The notes under the pieces: model-generated
What the model was told of the DNA's origin: nothing
Database searches by the model: none
What the model saw: the letters and a program-made list of their open reading frames with translations, nothing else
Translations under genes and position numbers: made by a program
DNA from: an uncultured Chlamydiales bacterium
GTDB lineage: Bacteria; Chlamydiota; Chlamydiia; Chlamydiales; Rhabdochlamydiaceae
DNA length: 64,000 nucleotides
Assembly: GCA_963700985.1 (NCBI GenBank)
Contig: OY969554.1
Location: 1,792,001-1,856,000, forward strand
Reading direction: 5' to 3'
In this document: positions 1 through 9,329 of the stretch, piece after piece
Position numbering within the stretch: position 1 is the stretch's first letter
Layout: each line of letters opens with the position of its first letter

Positions 1-1
1 C

Positions 2-2254
2 TATAATTTTGAAGTCTCCGGATATGCAATCACGGTCGGCTCCACTGGAACTGCAGCTACGTTGACTTTTAATGATGCTGGAATCACAGGTTCTAATGCT
101 CCTCAATTTGAAACCAGCGCCACGGGCTCAGCGATTATTTTTACAGCAGGTAGCACTTCTGAAACCGCAAATTTTGCTTTATCCAACGCAGGCAACATAA
201 CTTTTAATAGTGCCACAGCTGGAAGTAGCTCGTTCAGCGCTGATGATGCGACAGCCAACACGATTGACTTCCTAGGTACTTCATCTGCGCAGACTACTAA
301 TTTCGTTTTAGGCACCGGTAGTAGCGTGACATTTAATGGCACCTCGAGTGCAGGTAGTGCGGCACTCAATATGTTTGGTGGTGCAGCAAACTTTCTTGGC
401 TCCTCTTCGGCAAGCAGTGCAGTGGTAACATTAGCTGTAGGAGCTTCACTTGACGTTCAAGTGCCTGCGATTACTTTTGGGTCTATCACCAGCGACAATG
501 CAAGTACGATTACGCTTGGTCAGACAACTCCTGCACCGGTCCATGTTCAAATTGGCAACTTGAATACTTCTACCACAATCGCAGGGGTCATTTCTGAGGT
601 TACAGGGTCAGCATCGATTCTCGAGAAAATTGGAACGGGTACACTCACTCTTTCAAATGATAATGAGTATACGGGGGGAACGATTGTCACATCGGGAATT
701 CTTTCTGTCCCTTCTGGAAGCCTAGTGAGCCCTGTTACTGTCAGTTCGGGTGGAACCTTAAAGGGCACCGGAACCATGGCGGGTGGATTGAGCAATAGCG
801 GAACCGTCTCACCAGGAAACTCTATAGGCACGATGCCCGTGCACTCTTATGTTGCAAATCCCGGGTCTACGACGCTGATCGAAGTCAGTCCGACTGCAGT
901 ATCAAGTATTGCAGCATTCGGAACTCCCGGGACAATCTCTATCAATGATACTGGAACCACACTTGCGCTTACGTTTGATCCGGGCACATATGTAAGTCCT
1001 TCCTCATTTCCTATACTTACTGCCGACGGTGGTGTAACTGGGAAATTTGCAGCTGTGACTGGTTCTCTGCCTGGCTTTACCATTGAGCTTCAATATCCTG
1101 GAACGGAAGTGCTGCTCTTGCTGCAAAAAATGGAGAACTTTTTTTCTCAAATCGTGCACGGCGGAAATCCTGGCACAGTGGCCACTGTTTTGGATGCTCT
1201 TTCTCCAACTGCCACAGGCGATCTTGCTGATGTGATTGCAGCGCTGCACCGTTTAGATCCATCTGCTCTGAAAAGCGCCTTAAATCAGCTGCAACCCTCT
1301 CTCTTTAAGGGATTGGCTTTAGCACAAGAAGACAGCAGCATACGCGTACGCCAAGCGATCTCACGCAGATTAGATCAGCTCTATATCGCAGAGTGTGTTC
1401 GAGTTTGCCCAGAAGCTGGCAAACATCTAACGCTCTGGGCTGATGGTCTTGGCGATTACTCATTACAAAGAGGAATTCAGCAGCAGCGCGGTTTTCATAC
1501 TAAAATGGGTGGGGCAATCCTTGGTTTAGATTACCGTTGCTTGCAGTATTTTGATGCGGGTGCCGCACTTAGTTACACACATACTGCAGTAGATTGGAGC
1601 GCCTCGCAAGGAAATGGCCATATCGACAGCTACTATGGGGCAGTATATGGTAACTTTACGAGCGACTATGTCTATGTCAATGCAGTAGCTTTGGGGTCAC
1701 ATAATCAGTACGAAGCTGAGCGTAAGATCGTTTTTCCTGGCTTAAGCCGAAAAGCTAAGAATCACCATAATGGTAATGAAGCTGAAGGAAATCTAGAAGT
1801 AGGTGCTTACTATAGTTGGGGTGGATATGAGATCCGGCCTTTTGACTCTTTCGACTACATCTGGCTGCATGAAGCGGGTTTTACGGAAAGAGGCGCCGAT
1901 TCGTTAAACACGATCGTAAAATCTAAAAACTCCAGAATGCTACGCAACGAGCTCGGGATTGGCTTCTCGCGCTGCTTCACCATTCATAAATCGAAATTGA
2001 TCCCTGATATAAAGCTTAGTTGGGTGCGTGAAGTGCGCTTCCAAGGTAAACACTACACAGTGCGCTATGAAGATACCGATGTGCCTTTCACAGTATATGG
2101 CATGAAGCCCAACCGCAGCCTATTTAGCCCAGCTGCTGGGATTACCTGGTATGATGCCAATGAGCGCTTGTCAGTGGCTGTGCTTTATGATGGTGAGTTT
2201 GGTAAAAACTATACCGATCATAATGGCAATCTGCGCCTAGGATATGCTTTTTAA
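2..2254 (+). CDS. Autotransporter (type Va) with passenger-associated repeat and C-terminal beta-barrel; 5' end lies before the window
   Basis: Frame is open from position 2 (YNFEVSGY...). G/S/T/N-rich passenger, PATR-like LEKIGTGTLTLSNDNEYTGGTIVTSGIL, GTVSPGNSIG linker, barrel ending LRLGYAF. Confidence 0.9.
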   Translation, partial: YNFEVSGYAITVGSTGTAATLTFNDAGITGSNAPQFETSATGSAIIFTAGSTSETANFALSNAGNITFNSATAGSSSFSADDATANTIDFLGTSSAQTTNFVLGTGSSVTFNGTSSAGSAALNMFGGAANFLGSSSASSAVVTLAVGASLDVQVPAITFGSITSDNASTITLGQTTPAPVHVQIGNLNTSTTIAGVISEVTGSASILEKIGTGTLTLSNDNEYTGGTIVTSGILSVPSGSLVSPVTVSSGGTLKGTGTMAGGLSNSGTVSPGNSIGTMPVHSYVANPGSTTLIEVSPTAVSSIAAFGTPGTISINDTGTTLALTFDPGTYVSPSSFPILTADGGVTGKFAAVTGSLPGFTIELQYPGTEVLLLLQKMENFFSQIVHGGNPGTVATVLDALSPTATGDLADVIAALHRLDPSALKSALNQLQPSLFKGLALAQEDSSIRVRQAISRRLDQLYIAECVRVCPEAGKHLTLWADGLGDYSLQRGIQQQRGFHTKMGGAILGLDYRCLQYFDAGAALSYTHTAVDWSASQGNGHIDSYYGAVYGNFTSDYVYVNAVALGSHNQYEAERKIVFPGLSRKAKNHHNGNEAEGNLEVGAYYSWGGYEIRPFDSFDYIWLHEAGFTERGADSLNTIVKSKNSRMLRNELGIGFSRCFTIHKSKLIPDIKLSWVREVRFQGKHYTVRYEDTDVPFTVYGMKPNRSLFSPAAGITWYDANERLSVAVLYDGEFGKNYTDHNGNLRLGYAF

Positions 2255-2317
2255 CATATTCTATTGCTGACCTAAAATCATGATCTTTTAGAAGGTTAAA
2301 ATTTCTTTCGAAAGTTT

Positions 2318-3370
2318 TTAAACTGTGGCTAGCTCGGCAGGTGCTGGTGTTTGCTCGGGAAGAGCTTTCTGAGTGAGAGTCTTGTGAAGGTCTGTGATGG
2401 CGGTGAGTAGAGGCTTTATACCCTTGTCTTCCATCGCAGAGATTTCAAAGAGGTTTTTGGGGTTGCCATCAAACTTTTTGCGGAAGCGTTTGAGGTTTTC
2501 TTCGGCGCCTTCGATGTCGATCTTATTCAGCGCGACGAGGAAGGGTTTTTCTAGGAGTTTTTCATCATATTCACGCAGTTCATTGCGGAGGATCTCGTAA
2601 TCACGAATAGGATCTCTTTCTTCAAAACCAGAGATGTCAATCACATAGAGAAGAATGGAAGTCCGTTCGATATGCCTTAGGAAGGCGAGACCGAGGCCGC
2701 GATTCTCATGGGCATTTTCGATGATACCTGGAATGTCCGCAACGAGCACGCGTGAGGAGTCTTTGCGGGTGATATAACTTAAGTTAGGGAAGAGGGTAGT
2801 GAAGGGATAAGCGCCGATTTTCACCGGCAAATGCGTGATCTTGGACATTAGGGTCGATTTGCCCGCATTTGGGAAGCCGACGAGTCCAACATCTGCAATG
2901 AGTTTTAGCTCGAGTTCGATTTCGCGGGTCTCTCCAAAAGTCCCCTCGGTGAAAACGTTAGGAGCTTGATGAGTTGGTGAGCGGAAGGAAGCATTCCCAC
3001 GTCCGCCTTTACCACCTTTGCAGATTAGCCACTCTTGATCTGGTACGGTAAAGTCGAAAAGAACTTCTTTGGTAACTGCATCTTTAACGAGTGTGCCGCA
3101 GGGAACCGAAAGAAAGATCTCCTTTCCATTTTTGCCCTGTTTATGTGCGCCAGCACCAGCGCCCCCGTTTTCGCCTTTGATGATCCGCCGGTTTCTGAAT
3201 CCGTCGAGCGAAGTCTCTTGGACGTTAGCGCGGATCACGATGGATCCGCCTTTGCCGCCGTTTCCGCCCGCAGGTCCGCCTTTCGGGATAAATTTCTCCC
3301 TTCTCCAGGCGACTACGCCATTGCCACCCTTGCCAGCAGAAAGGGTAAGAGTTACTGAGTCAATAAACAC
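2318..3370 (-). CDS. obgE: GTPase ObgE
   Basis: Gly-rich Obg fold, GFPNAGKS P-loop, YPFTT, DIPG, NKID; follows rplU-rpmA. Confidence 0.97.
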   Translation of the reverse strand: MFIDSVTLTLSAGKGGNGVVAWRREKFIPKGGPAGGNGGKGGSIVIRANVQETSLDGFRNRRIIKGENGGAGAGAHKQGKNGKEIFLSVPCGTLVKDAVTKEVLFDFTVPDQEWLICKGGKGGRGNASFRSPTHQAPNVFTEGTFGETREIELELKLIADVGLVGFPNAGKSTLMSKITHLPVKIGAYPFTTLFPNLSYITRKDSSRVLVADIPGIIENAHENRGLGLAFLRHIERTSILLYVIDISGFEERDPIRDYEILRNELREYDEKLLEKPFLVALNKIDIEGAEENLKRFRKKFDGNPKNLFEISAMEDKGIKPLLTAITDLHKTLTQKALPEQTPAPAELATV

Positions 3371-3382
3371 GGCTAAATGATT

Positions 3383-3658
3383 TTAGGTTGTTGCAGTTAC
3401 TGTTTCTGGTTGTGCAGGGAGTACAGAAACAAATGTGCGCGTGCTCTTTCGATAGGTCACGATCCCATCGATCAAAGCATAGAGAGTATAATCTCTACCT
3501 ACACCCACGTTTTTGCTTGGGTGCCACTTTGTGCCTTTCTGACGAATGATAATGCTTCCTGCAGTAACAAATTGGCCACCAGAGGCTTTAACACCTAGGC
3601 GCTGAGATTGTGAGTCACGTCCGTTACGGGTAGAACCCTGTCCTTTCTTATGTGCCAT
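3383..3658 (-). CDS. rpmA: 50S ribosomal protein L27
   Basis: [16 protein letters not shown]...RLGVK signature. Confidence 0.98.
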   Translation of the reverse strand: MAHKKGQGSTRNGRDSQSQRLGVKASGGQFVTAGSIIIRQKGTKWHPSKNVGVGRDYTLYALIDGIVTYRKSTRTFVSVLPAQPETVTATT

Positions 3659-3670
3659 ATAAGCCTTCTG

Positions 3671-3982
3671 TTATCCTTCAATGCCTGTGATCTTTATGCG
3701 TAAATAACGCTGGCGGTGTCCCACCTTACGTCTTACACCTTTACGGCGTTTGTATTTGAATGCAATGACTTTAGGTCCGCGAACTTCTTGGACTAGCTCG
3801 CCCAAAACACGCGACTTAGCCACATGAGGGGAACCTAGTTTAACTGCTGAGCCAGTGTTTAAAAGAAGAACATTCTTAAATTCCACTATGCCGTCAGTAG
3901 AAGGAGCTAGTAGCTCCACGTCGATGACGTCGTCTTTTTCAACGCGGTATTGTTTTCCGCCAGTTTCGATGATTGCGTACAT
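3671..3982 (-). CDS. rplU: 50S ribosomal protein L21
   Basis: MYAIIETGGKQYRV...GHRQ signature. Confidence 0.98.
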   Translation of the reverse strand: MYAIIETGGKQYRVEKDDVIDVELLAPSTDGIVEFKNVLLLNTGSAVKLGSPHVAKSRVLGELVQEVRGPKVIAFKYKRRKGVRRKVGHRQRYLRIKITGIEG

Positions 3983-4192
3983 TTTGAACTCCTCTCGATG
4001 AAAGAAAAGGATGATACTCCACCGGTAGATTCCTCGTCAATAGAGCCTTACGATTCGATTCAACTCTTCGTTAATTTAGTTATAATTATGCATTTAATAA
4101 ATTATCTAAAATTAATTGATTAATAATTAAATTATATAATACTATAAAACTAAGGGTGAGAGATACTTTATTATAAAATCTATGGCGGCTCT

Positions 4193-4324
4193 ATGAAACA
4201 CTACAGCAAGAAAAAGACATCAAAAGTAACGTTCAAGACTCACCGGAAGCATAAAAGCAAAGAAGCGTTGAAGAAAGGGGAGCAGGGTGGATTAAGCATC
4301 TTCTCTCAGAGGTATTTTACCTAA
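4193..4324 (+). CDS. Putative small basic protein, 43 aa (MKHYSKKKTSKVTFKTHRKHKSKEALKKGEQGGLSIFSQRYFT)
   Basis: Translated by hand; below the ORF-track cutoff. K/H/R-rich, follows an AT-rich promoter-like region. Confidence 0.35.
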   Translation: MKHYSKKKTSKVTFKTHRKHKSKEALKKGEQGGLSIFSQRYFT

Positions 4325-4350
4325 TATAAACAGGAAAAGGGGTGTATATT

Positions 4351-4458
4351 ATGAAAGCTAGAAAAAGAACTGTTAGAAAAAGCCACAGCCGAAAAGCAAA
4401 ATCTCATAAAAAACGTGGGATGTGGAAAAGCTTCTGGGATAAGTTCAGCTCTCGTTAA
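4351..4458 (+). CDS. Putative small basic protein, 35 aa (MKARKRTVRKSHSRKAKSHKKRGMWKSFWDKFSSR)
   Basis: Translated by hand. SD-like AAGGGGTG upstream; same basic-then-aromatic layout as the preceding sORF. Confidence 0.5.
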   Translation: MKARKRTVRKSHSRKAKSHKKRGMWKSFWDKFSSR

Positions 4459-4467
4459 TAAGTATGC

Positions 4468-5304
4468 TTAAGCGCGCTTAAGCGATCTTCGAAATAGAGA
4501 AAAGCTGTAGAAGCAAGCGGCGGTAAGCGAAATGGTGGCTCCAGGGGGCCAATTCAGTAGGTAGGAGGCAATTGTTCCTGCTAAGCTGAAAAGACACCCT
4601 AAGCCGACGGCAATGAGCATCATTAAGCCCATGCGATGGGTCATTTCGCTTGCCATAGCCGCAGGTATAGCAAGCATTGCTATGATCAAAATTGCGCCTA
4701 CTACTTGAATTAAGATCACGACTGAGATCGCTACGAGCACCAAGAGCAGAAGATAAATTGCACGAATATGCACGCCCTGTAAAAGGGCTTGCTCTTCATC
4801 AAAACAGACTGCTACGAAGCGACGGTGGAATAGTGCTACCGTAAAGATGATGATGAGATCGAGTGCAAATAAAAGTTGAAGATCGGCGCTGCTCACCCAG
4901 AGTATGTTGCCGAATAAAAAGTTCATCAGCTCCACATTATAGCCAGGTGTTAACGCCACGAAGATTACGCCAATTGCCATGCCTGTAGACCAGAGCGTGG
5001 CGATCACGGTATCTTCGCGTTGACGGTATTTTAAGTGTATCCAGCCGATCAGAAGGGCCGAAAGAAGGGCAGCGAAGAGCGCCCCATAAAGGGGTGTAAG
5101 CCAAGCTATGCCCCAAACGCGTTTTAGCCAAAGGCAGAGGCCCATTCCTCCTAGCACAGAGTGGGCAATGCTACCGCTGATAAAAACGATGCGTTTGCTA
5201 ACCACGTAAGATCCGATGATTCCGCTGGTAATAGAAGCTGCCAAGCCCGCCATAAGCGACATGAGCAAGAAGGGATTGGTCTGAAAAAAGGCCAAAATGT
5301 TCAT
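4468..5304 (-). CDS. Zn/Mn ABC transporter permease (ZnuB/MntB family)
   Basis: Multi-TM, SIAHSVLGG and LMNFLFGNIL motifs. Start placed at ATG 5304, which overlaps the ATPase stop (ATGA). Confidence 0.93.
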   Translation of the reverse strand: MNILAFFQTNPFLLMSLMAGLAASITSGIIGSYVVSKRIVFISGSIAHSVLGGMGLCLWLKRVWGIAWLTPLYGALFAALLSALLIGWIHLKYRQREDTVIATLWSTGMAIGVIFVALTPGYNVELMNFLFGNILWVSSADLQLLFALDLIIIFTVALFHRRFVAVCFDEEQALLQGVHIRAIYLLLLVLVAISVVILIQVVGAILIIAMLAIPAAMASEMTHRMGLMMLIAVGLGCLFSLAGTIASYLLNWPPGATISLTAACFYSFSLFRRSLKRA

Positions 5305-6032
5305 GGTAAGCGTATGGGGTGGAGGTGTGGAGCGTGATAAAGGCCGACTGCAAAATGTTCGCATACCTCTTTGGGCGTATAAGAGATAAGCGTCCGGTGA
5401 ATGCAGAGCATGCGGTCGGCTTTTTCGATAATTCCTTGTAAATCATGCGTGACCATCAGAATGGTCATCGTCCCCTTTAAGCGGAGCAGCAGATGATGAA
5501 TCTGCGCTTCCGCTTCAGGATCGACACTTGCTGTCGGTTCATCTAAAAATAAGATGCTGGGCTCGGAGACAAGTGCGCGTGCGATTAACGCTCTTTGTGC
5601 CTGTCCGCCTGAAAGAGTTCCAAAAGCTTGAGCTTGCTTATCTAAAAGACCTACTTTGTCTAGAGCTTCAAGCGCTTTTTGTTTAGCATTTTTGGGTAGG
5701 GTTCCCCAGATCGTACTTTTCGACAAACAGCCCATTAAAACGAGATCTAATACAGATAAGGGAAATTGGCGATCGAATTGTGCCACTTGTGGCACATAAC
5801 TAATTCTTCCGCGCGCTTTACGCGGCGATGTGCCAAAAATTGTGATTTCCCCGGAATCAGGTTTAAGAAATCCAAGAAGCAGCTTTAAAAAGGTGGTTTT
5901 TCCGCCACCATTTGGCCCGAAAATAGCCAGAAACTCGCCTTTTTTGACGTTGAGATTCACTCGAGCTAAAATCGGGTTATTCTCATATTCAAAACTGAGA
6001 TCTTTTACTTCTATGACGGTTTGGTCAGACAT
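5301..6032 (-). CDS. Zn/Mn ABC transporter ATP-binding protein
   Basis: GPNGGGKTT Walker A, LSGGQ, LFLDEPT, VTHD. Confidence 0.95.
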   Translation of the reverse strand: MSDQTVIEVKDLSFEYENNPILARVNLNVKKGEFLAIFGPNGGGKTTFLKLLLGFLKPDSGEITIFGTSPRKARGRISYVPQVAQFDRQFPLSVLDLVLMGCLSKSTIWGTLPKNAKQKALEALDKVGLLDKQAQAFGTLSGGQAQRALIARALVSEPSILFLDEPTASVDPEAEAQIHHLLLRLKGTMTILMVTHDLQGIIEKADRMLCIHRTLISYTPKEVCEHFAVGLYHAPHLHPIRLP

Positions 6033-6944
6033 TTATGATGGTTGAGCGATGGCGCTTGCTAGCTGGCGTAAATTTTCAAAATAGTCTTCAGCATAAGGAT
6101 CGATGCTGAAAATAGGCAATTGAAGTTTTTTTGCGACAAGCTCAGCCGCTTTAGGTGAATATTGGCCTTGGGTGATCACACAGCCTACTCGGTGTTGCAC
6201 CGCTTCTTTCATGGTATTAGCAATTTTTTGAGGCAGCGCCTCTTTACCTTCGCTTTCAATCGAAAGTTGAATGAGTCCATAATCACGACAAAAATATCCA
6301 AAGGCGGGGTGGGATACTAAGATCGCTCTGCCTTTTAAGGGAGTGAGTAGGCTCGTTAGCTCTTTATCTAGTGTGTCGAGATCAGTTAAAAAATCATTTA
6401 AGTTTTTTTCGAAAAATGTGCGATTTTCTGGCATGAGAGCGCAAAGTGCCACTTCAATTTCCTGAGCTTGAATCTTGGCGAGTCTGGGGCTAAGCCAAAC
6501 GTGCTTGTCTTGAGCTTCGTGTTCATGGTGCCCATGCCCATGATCGTGATGATGGTGGGCGCAATGCGTATGCTCTTCAAGAGGTAAAAGGGGGAGCTTT
6601 TCCCATATCTGAAGTGTACGTAGAGTTGTGTGTTCTTGCTGCAAAACTTTTAAAATTTTATCTTCAAATGGATCACCGATACGCACCCAAAGTTTTGCTT
6701 GATGTGCAGTTTGAACCTGCTTAGGGGTAGGCTCATATGTATGTGGATCGGCGCCGCTTGGCACTAAGAGTTGTACGTTGACTCTGCCTTGCGCAATACG
6801 TTCGACGAAGTGGGCGTAAGGAACGATGCTGACCAAGACCGTGGGTTTAGATGAAGGCGCAGGAGTTCTGTTATTTTTTTGCTGACAAGCAAAAAGTCCA
6901 AACAGAAAAAGCATGCAAGAAATTTTGAGAAAAAATCCTTTCAT
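6033..6944 (-). CDS. Zn/Mn ABC transporter substrate-binding lipoprotein (ZnuA-like, His-rich loop)
   Basis: Lipobox LFAC, DPHTYEP, HHHHDHGHGHHEHE loop, DKHVWLSP, HPAFGYF. Confidence 0.94.
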   Translation of the reverse strand: MKGFFLKISCMLFLFGLFACQQKNNRTPAPSSKPTVLVSIVPYAHFVERIAQGRVNVQLLVPSGADPHTYEPTPKQVQTAHQAKLWVRIGDPFEDKILKVLQQEHTTLRTLQIWEKLPLLPLEEHTHCAHHHHDHGHGHHEHEAQDKHVWLSPRLAKIQAQEIEVALCALMPENRTFFEKNLNDFLTDLDTLDKELTSLLTPLKGRAILVSHPAFGYFCRDYGLIQLSIESEGKEALPQKIANTMKEAVQHRVGCVITQGQYSPKAAELVAKKLQLPIFSIDPYAEDYFENLRQLASAIAQPS

Positions 6945-7070
6945 GCGAATCAGTTTACGCTAATTCTCAATTTTCGCAAAGAAAGTAGCTTTCGCTATTA
7001 CAAAATCAGAATAGAAAATGCTCTTGTCAAATAAACAAATTCCAGGTTACGTTCTTCGCGTGTTTGACTT

Positions 7071-7157
7071 GGAGGAGTGTCCGAGTGGCCGATGGAGCAC
7101 GCTTGGAAAGCGTGTATACTTGAAAAAGTATCGTGGGTTCGAATCCCACCTCCTCCG
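7071..7157 (+). tRNA. tRNA-Ser(GGA)
   Basis: Acceptor GGAGGAG/CTCCTCC, anticodon arm CACGC-TTGGAAA-GCGTG, long variable arm, T-arm GTGGG-TTCGAAT-CCCAC; CCA not encoded. Confidence 0.96.
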
Positions 7158-7222
7158 AAATTATTATTTTGTTTATAACGTTCTTACTTCACAAAAATGT
7201 GCGTGACCGATAAATCATCAAT

Positions 7223-7732
7223 ATGCGCTGTCCTTTTTGTAGTCATGATGAATCCAAGGTGACAGATTCTCGCAACGCAACTGAAACAAATGCGGTGCGT
7301 AGAAGACGCGAATGTTTGAAGTGCTTACGTCGCTTTACGACTTTTGAAACGATCGATCTGACGATTCAAGTACATAAGCGTGATGGAAGGTACGAAGATT
7401 TTCAGCAAGATAAGCTCATTAAGGGTTTAGATGCTGCTTGTCGACATACGCGTATCAGTCACGAACAGGTTCGGGCAATTTCTTATAAGATCACAGCAGA
7501 TCTTATGGAGAGGCAAATTAAGGAGATTAGTACACCTGAACTCGGCGAGATCGCTATGAAGCACCTCCAAGCGCTTGATACGATTGCCTACATCCGCTTT
7601 GCGTGCGTATATCGCCGCTTTAAAGATGTAAACGAGCTAGTCGATGCTCTTCAGAGTGTTAAGCCTAAGGACGGCGGAGATGATTTGACATACGAACAAA
7701 CAGAGGTAAGACATGCCGTTGAAAAAGACTGA
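7223..7732 (+). CDS. nrdR: Transcriptional repressor NrdR
   Basis: MRCPFC...RRRRECLKC Zn ribbon, ATP cone, AYIRFACVYR. Confidence 0.97.
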   Translation: MRCPFCSHDESKVTDSRNATETNAVRRRRECLKCLRRFTTFETIDLTIQVHKRDGRYEDFQQDKLIKGLDAACRHTRISHEQVRAISYKITADLMERQIKEISTPELGEIAMKHLQALDTIAYIRFACVYRRFKDVNELVDALQSVKPKDGGDDLTYEQTEVRHAVEKD

Positions 7733-8078
7733 GATTGCAAAATTTAAAGAGCGCTTAGAAGAGTTGCGTGCTCAAATGCAGCAGCTTGTACGAGGAGCCA
7801 CTGAAGAAGTAAAATCTGACGATAAGTCTAAAGGATACTCTCAACACCAAGCTGATGAAGGCACAGATGATTTTGTGCGCACAGTCAGTTTAGAGGTGAC
7901 AAACAAAGAGTATAACATTTTGCGCCAGATCGAGCGTGCGCTCGAAAAGATCGATGATAATACTTACGGCGTTTGTGATATCACAGGCGAAGAGATTCCC
8001 GTTAAACGCCTTGAAGCCATTCCTTACGCGACAATGACTGTCAAAGCACAAGAAAAGTTTGAAAAGGGTCTTTTATAG
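7713..8078 (+). CDS. dksA: DksA/TraR family regulator
   Basis: HQADEGTD coiled-coil tip, YGVCDITGEEIPVKRLEAIPYA; chlamydial nrdR-dksA-lspA order. Confidence 0.9.
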   Translation: MPLKKTEIAKFKERLEELRAQMQQLVRGATEEVKSDDKSKGYSQHQADEGTDDFVRTVSLEVTNKEYNILRQIERALEKIDDNTYGVCDITGEEIPVKRLEAIPYATMTVKAQEKFEKGLL

Positions 8079-8080
8079 GG

Positions 8081-8617
8081 ATGCGTCGTTTTACTCTCTT
8101 TTTTCTTTTTGCAGCAGCTCTGTTCACAATAGATCTTTTATCAAAGGCCTACGTGAATCATTTTCTTCCTGTATTAGGATATGCCTCTCCGATCTATCCC
8201 TATGGTGGCATTGCTGTATTTGAAAACTGGGGCGGGATCGATTTTTCGATTAACCACGTGCTCAATAAAGGTGCAGCTTGGGGGATGCTTTCGAGTTTTC
8301 ATGAGTATCTCTTTTATGCGCGCCTTCTGATCATAGCCGGTATGCTTTTCTATCTTTTTTTCTTTTCGCTGCCGAGCCAGCGTCTTCCTTTTCTGATGAT
8401 TGTTACCGGCGCTCTTGGAAATGTTTTCGATCATATTATTTATGGACATGTGATCGATATGTTCTACTTCCGCCTATGGGACTACTCTTTCCCTGTTTTC
8501 AATATTGCCGATAGTGCAATTTTCTGTGGCATCGCCTGGCTCATGTTACAGTCGTTCTTTAAGCCTAAACCAGAGTCAGAGCCTCTTTCAGCAAATGGAA
8601 TTTCGAAAGAAATCTAG
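8081..8617 (+). CDS. lspA: Lipoprotein signal peptidase II
   Basis: NKGAAWG, GALGNVFD, VIDM, FPVFNIADSAI. Confidence 0.96.
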   Translation: MRRFTLFFLFAAALFTIDLLSKAYVNHFLPVLGYASPIYPYGGIAVFENWGGIDFSINHVLNKGAAWGMLSSFHEYLFYARLLIIAGMLFYLFFFSLPSQRLPFLMIVTGALGNVFDHIIYGHVIDMFYFRLWDYSFPVFNIADSAIFCGIAWLMLQSFFKPKPESEPLSANGISKEI

Positions 8618-9329
8618 TGAACCTTCAGCTTTTCCACTGCAGCTCAGTACGCCTGCTTTGCAGGGAGTGATGCGTGCTTCAAAATGGCTCAAACATCAAG
8701 TCTTACTCGATGAATCTGAAATGCGCGATCTTTTTGCCGCACTTTCTCCCTTCGAAATTTTTGTGGTTAGTGAACCTGTTACTCGGGAGACGCTCCAAAT
8801 TGAAAAAGAAGATTTTTTGCAGAAGTATGCGGCTTATGTAAATGCACTTAAAGCCGGCATTCTTCCTGAGGAGCGCGAGCTGCGCCGATATTTTTCCGCA
8901 GTTTTCACGAGCACAAGAGAGGCGCTCTATGCCATGGAAGCCGGAAAGGAGCGCTATTTAGTTAAAACTATTAAGCCGGTGGTGCAGCTGCAGATCCATC
9001 ACTTCTTTGTTTCTAATATTGATGGGAAATTTCATTCCATGGTCTTAGGCAAAGATAGCATCACCTGGGGCATTCAATTTTCTTATCCCCAGATCTTTCA
9101 AAGTCCCACAACTTATGCTTACGCAAAAGTTGATAATAGCCAGGAATTTCCGAACACGGCACTTTTTCATCGCCTGGTGAAGTGGCTACGGTCACATACA
9201 CTTCCGACCCCTTTTGTTTTTCAAAATAAGCGCAGCAATGAACCGATTAGAATTGGCAGAAATTGCCTGCAATGGATTGAGCGGCATCCGGGTCTTGTGT
9301 CACATCAAGTGCAAATTGCAAAATTATGA
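8505..9329 (+). CDS. Hypothetical protein (true start probably near 8595 or later)
   Basis: Long ORF coupled between lspA and cinA; no recognised motif. Confidence 0.7.
   Translation: MPIVQFSVASPGSCYSRSLSLNQSQSLFQQMEFRKKSSEPSAFPLQLSTPALQGVMRASKWLKHQVLLDESEMRDLFAALSPFEIFVVSEPVTRETLQIEKEDFLQKYAAYVNALKAGILPEERELRRYFSAVFTSTREALYAMEAGKERYLVKTIKPVVQLQIHHFFVSNIDGKFHSMVLGKDSITWGIQFSYPQIFQSPTTYAYAKVDNSQEFPNTALFHRLVKWLRSHTLPTPFVFQNKRSNEPIRIGRNCLQWIERHPGLVSHQVQIAKL

Noticed and set aside
2-2254. Polymorphic membrane protein (Pmp) assignment
   Set aside because: The visible passenger lacks repeated GGA(I/L/V) and FxxN motif pairs and has a PATR-type repeat instead.
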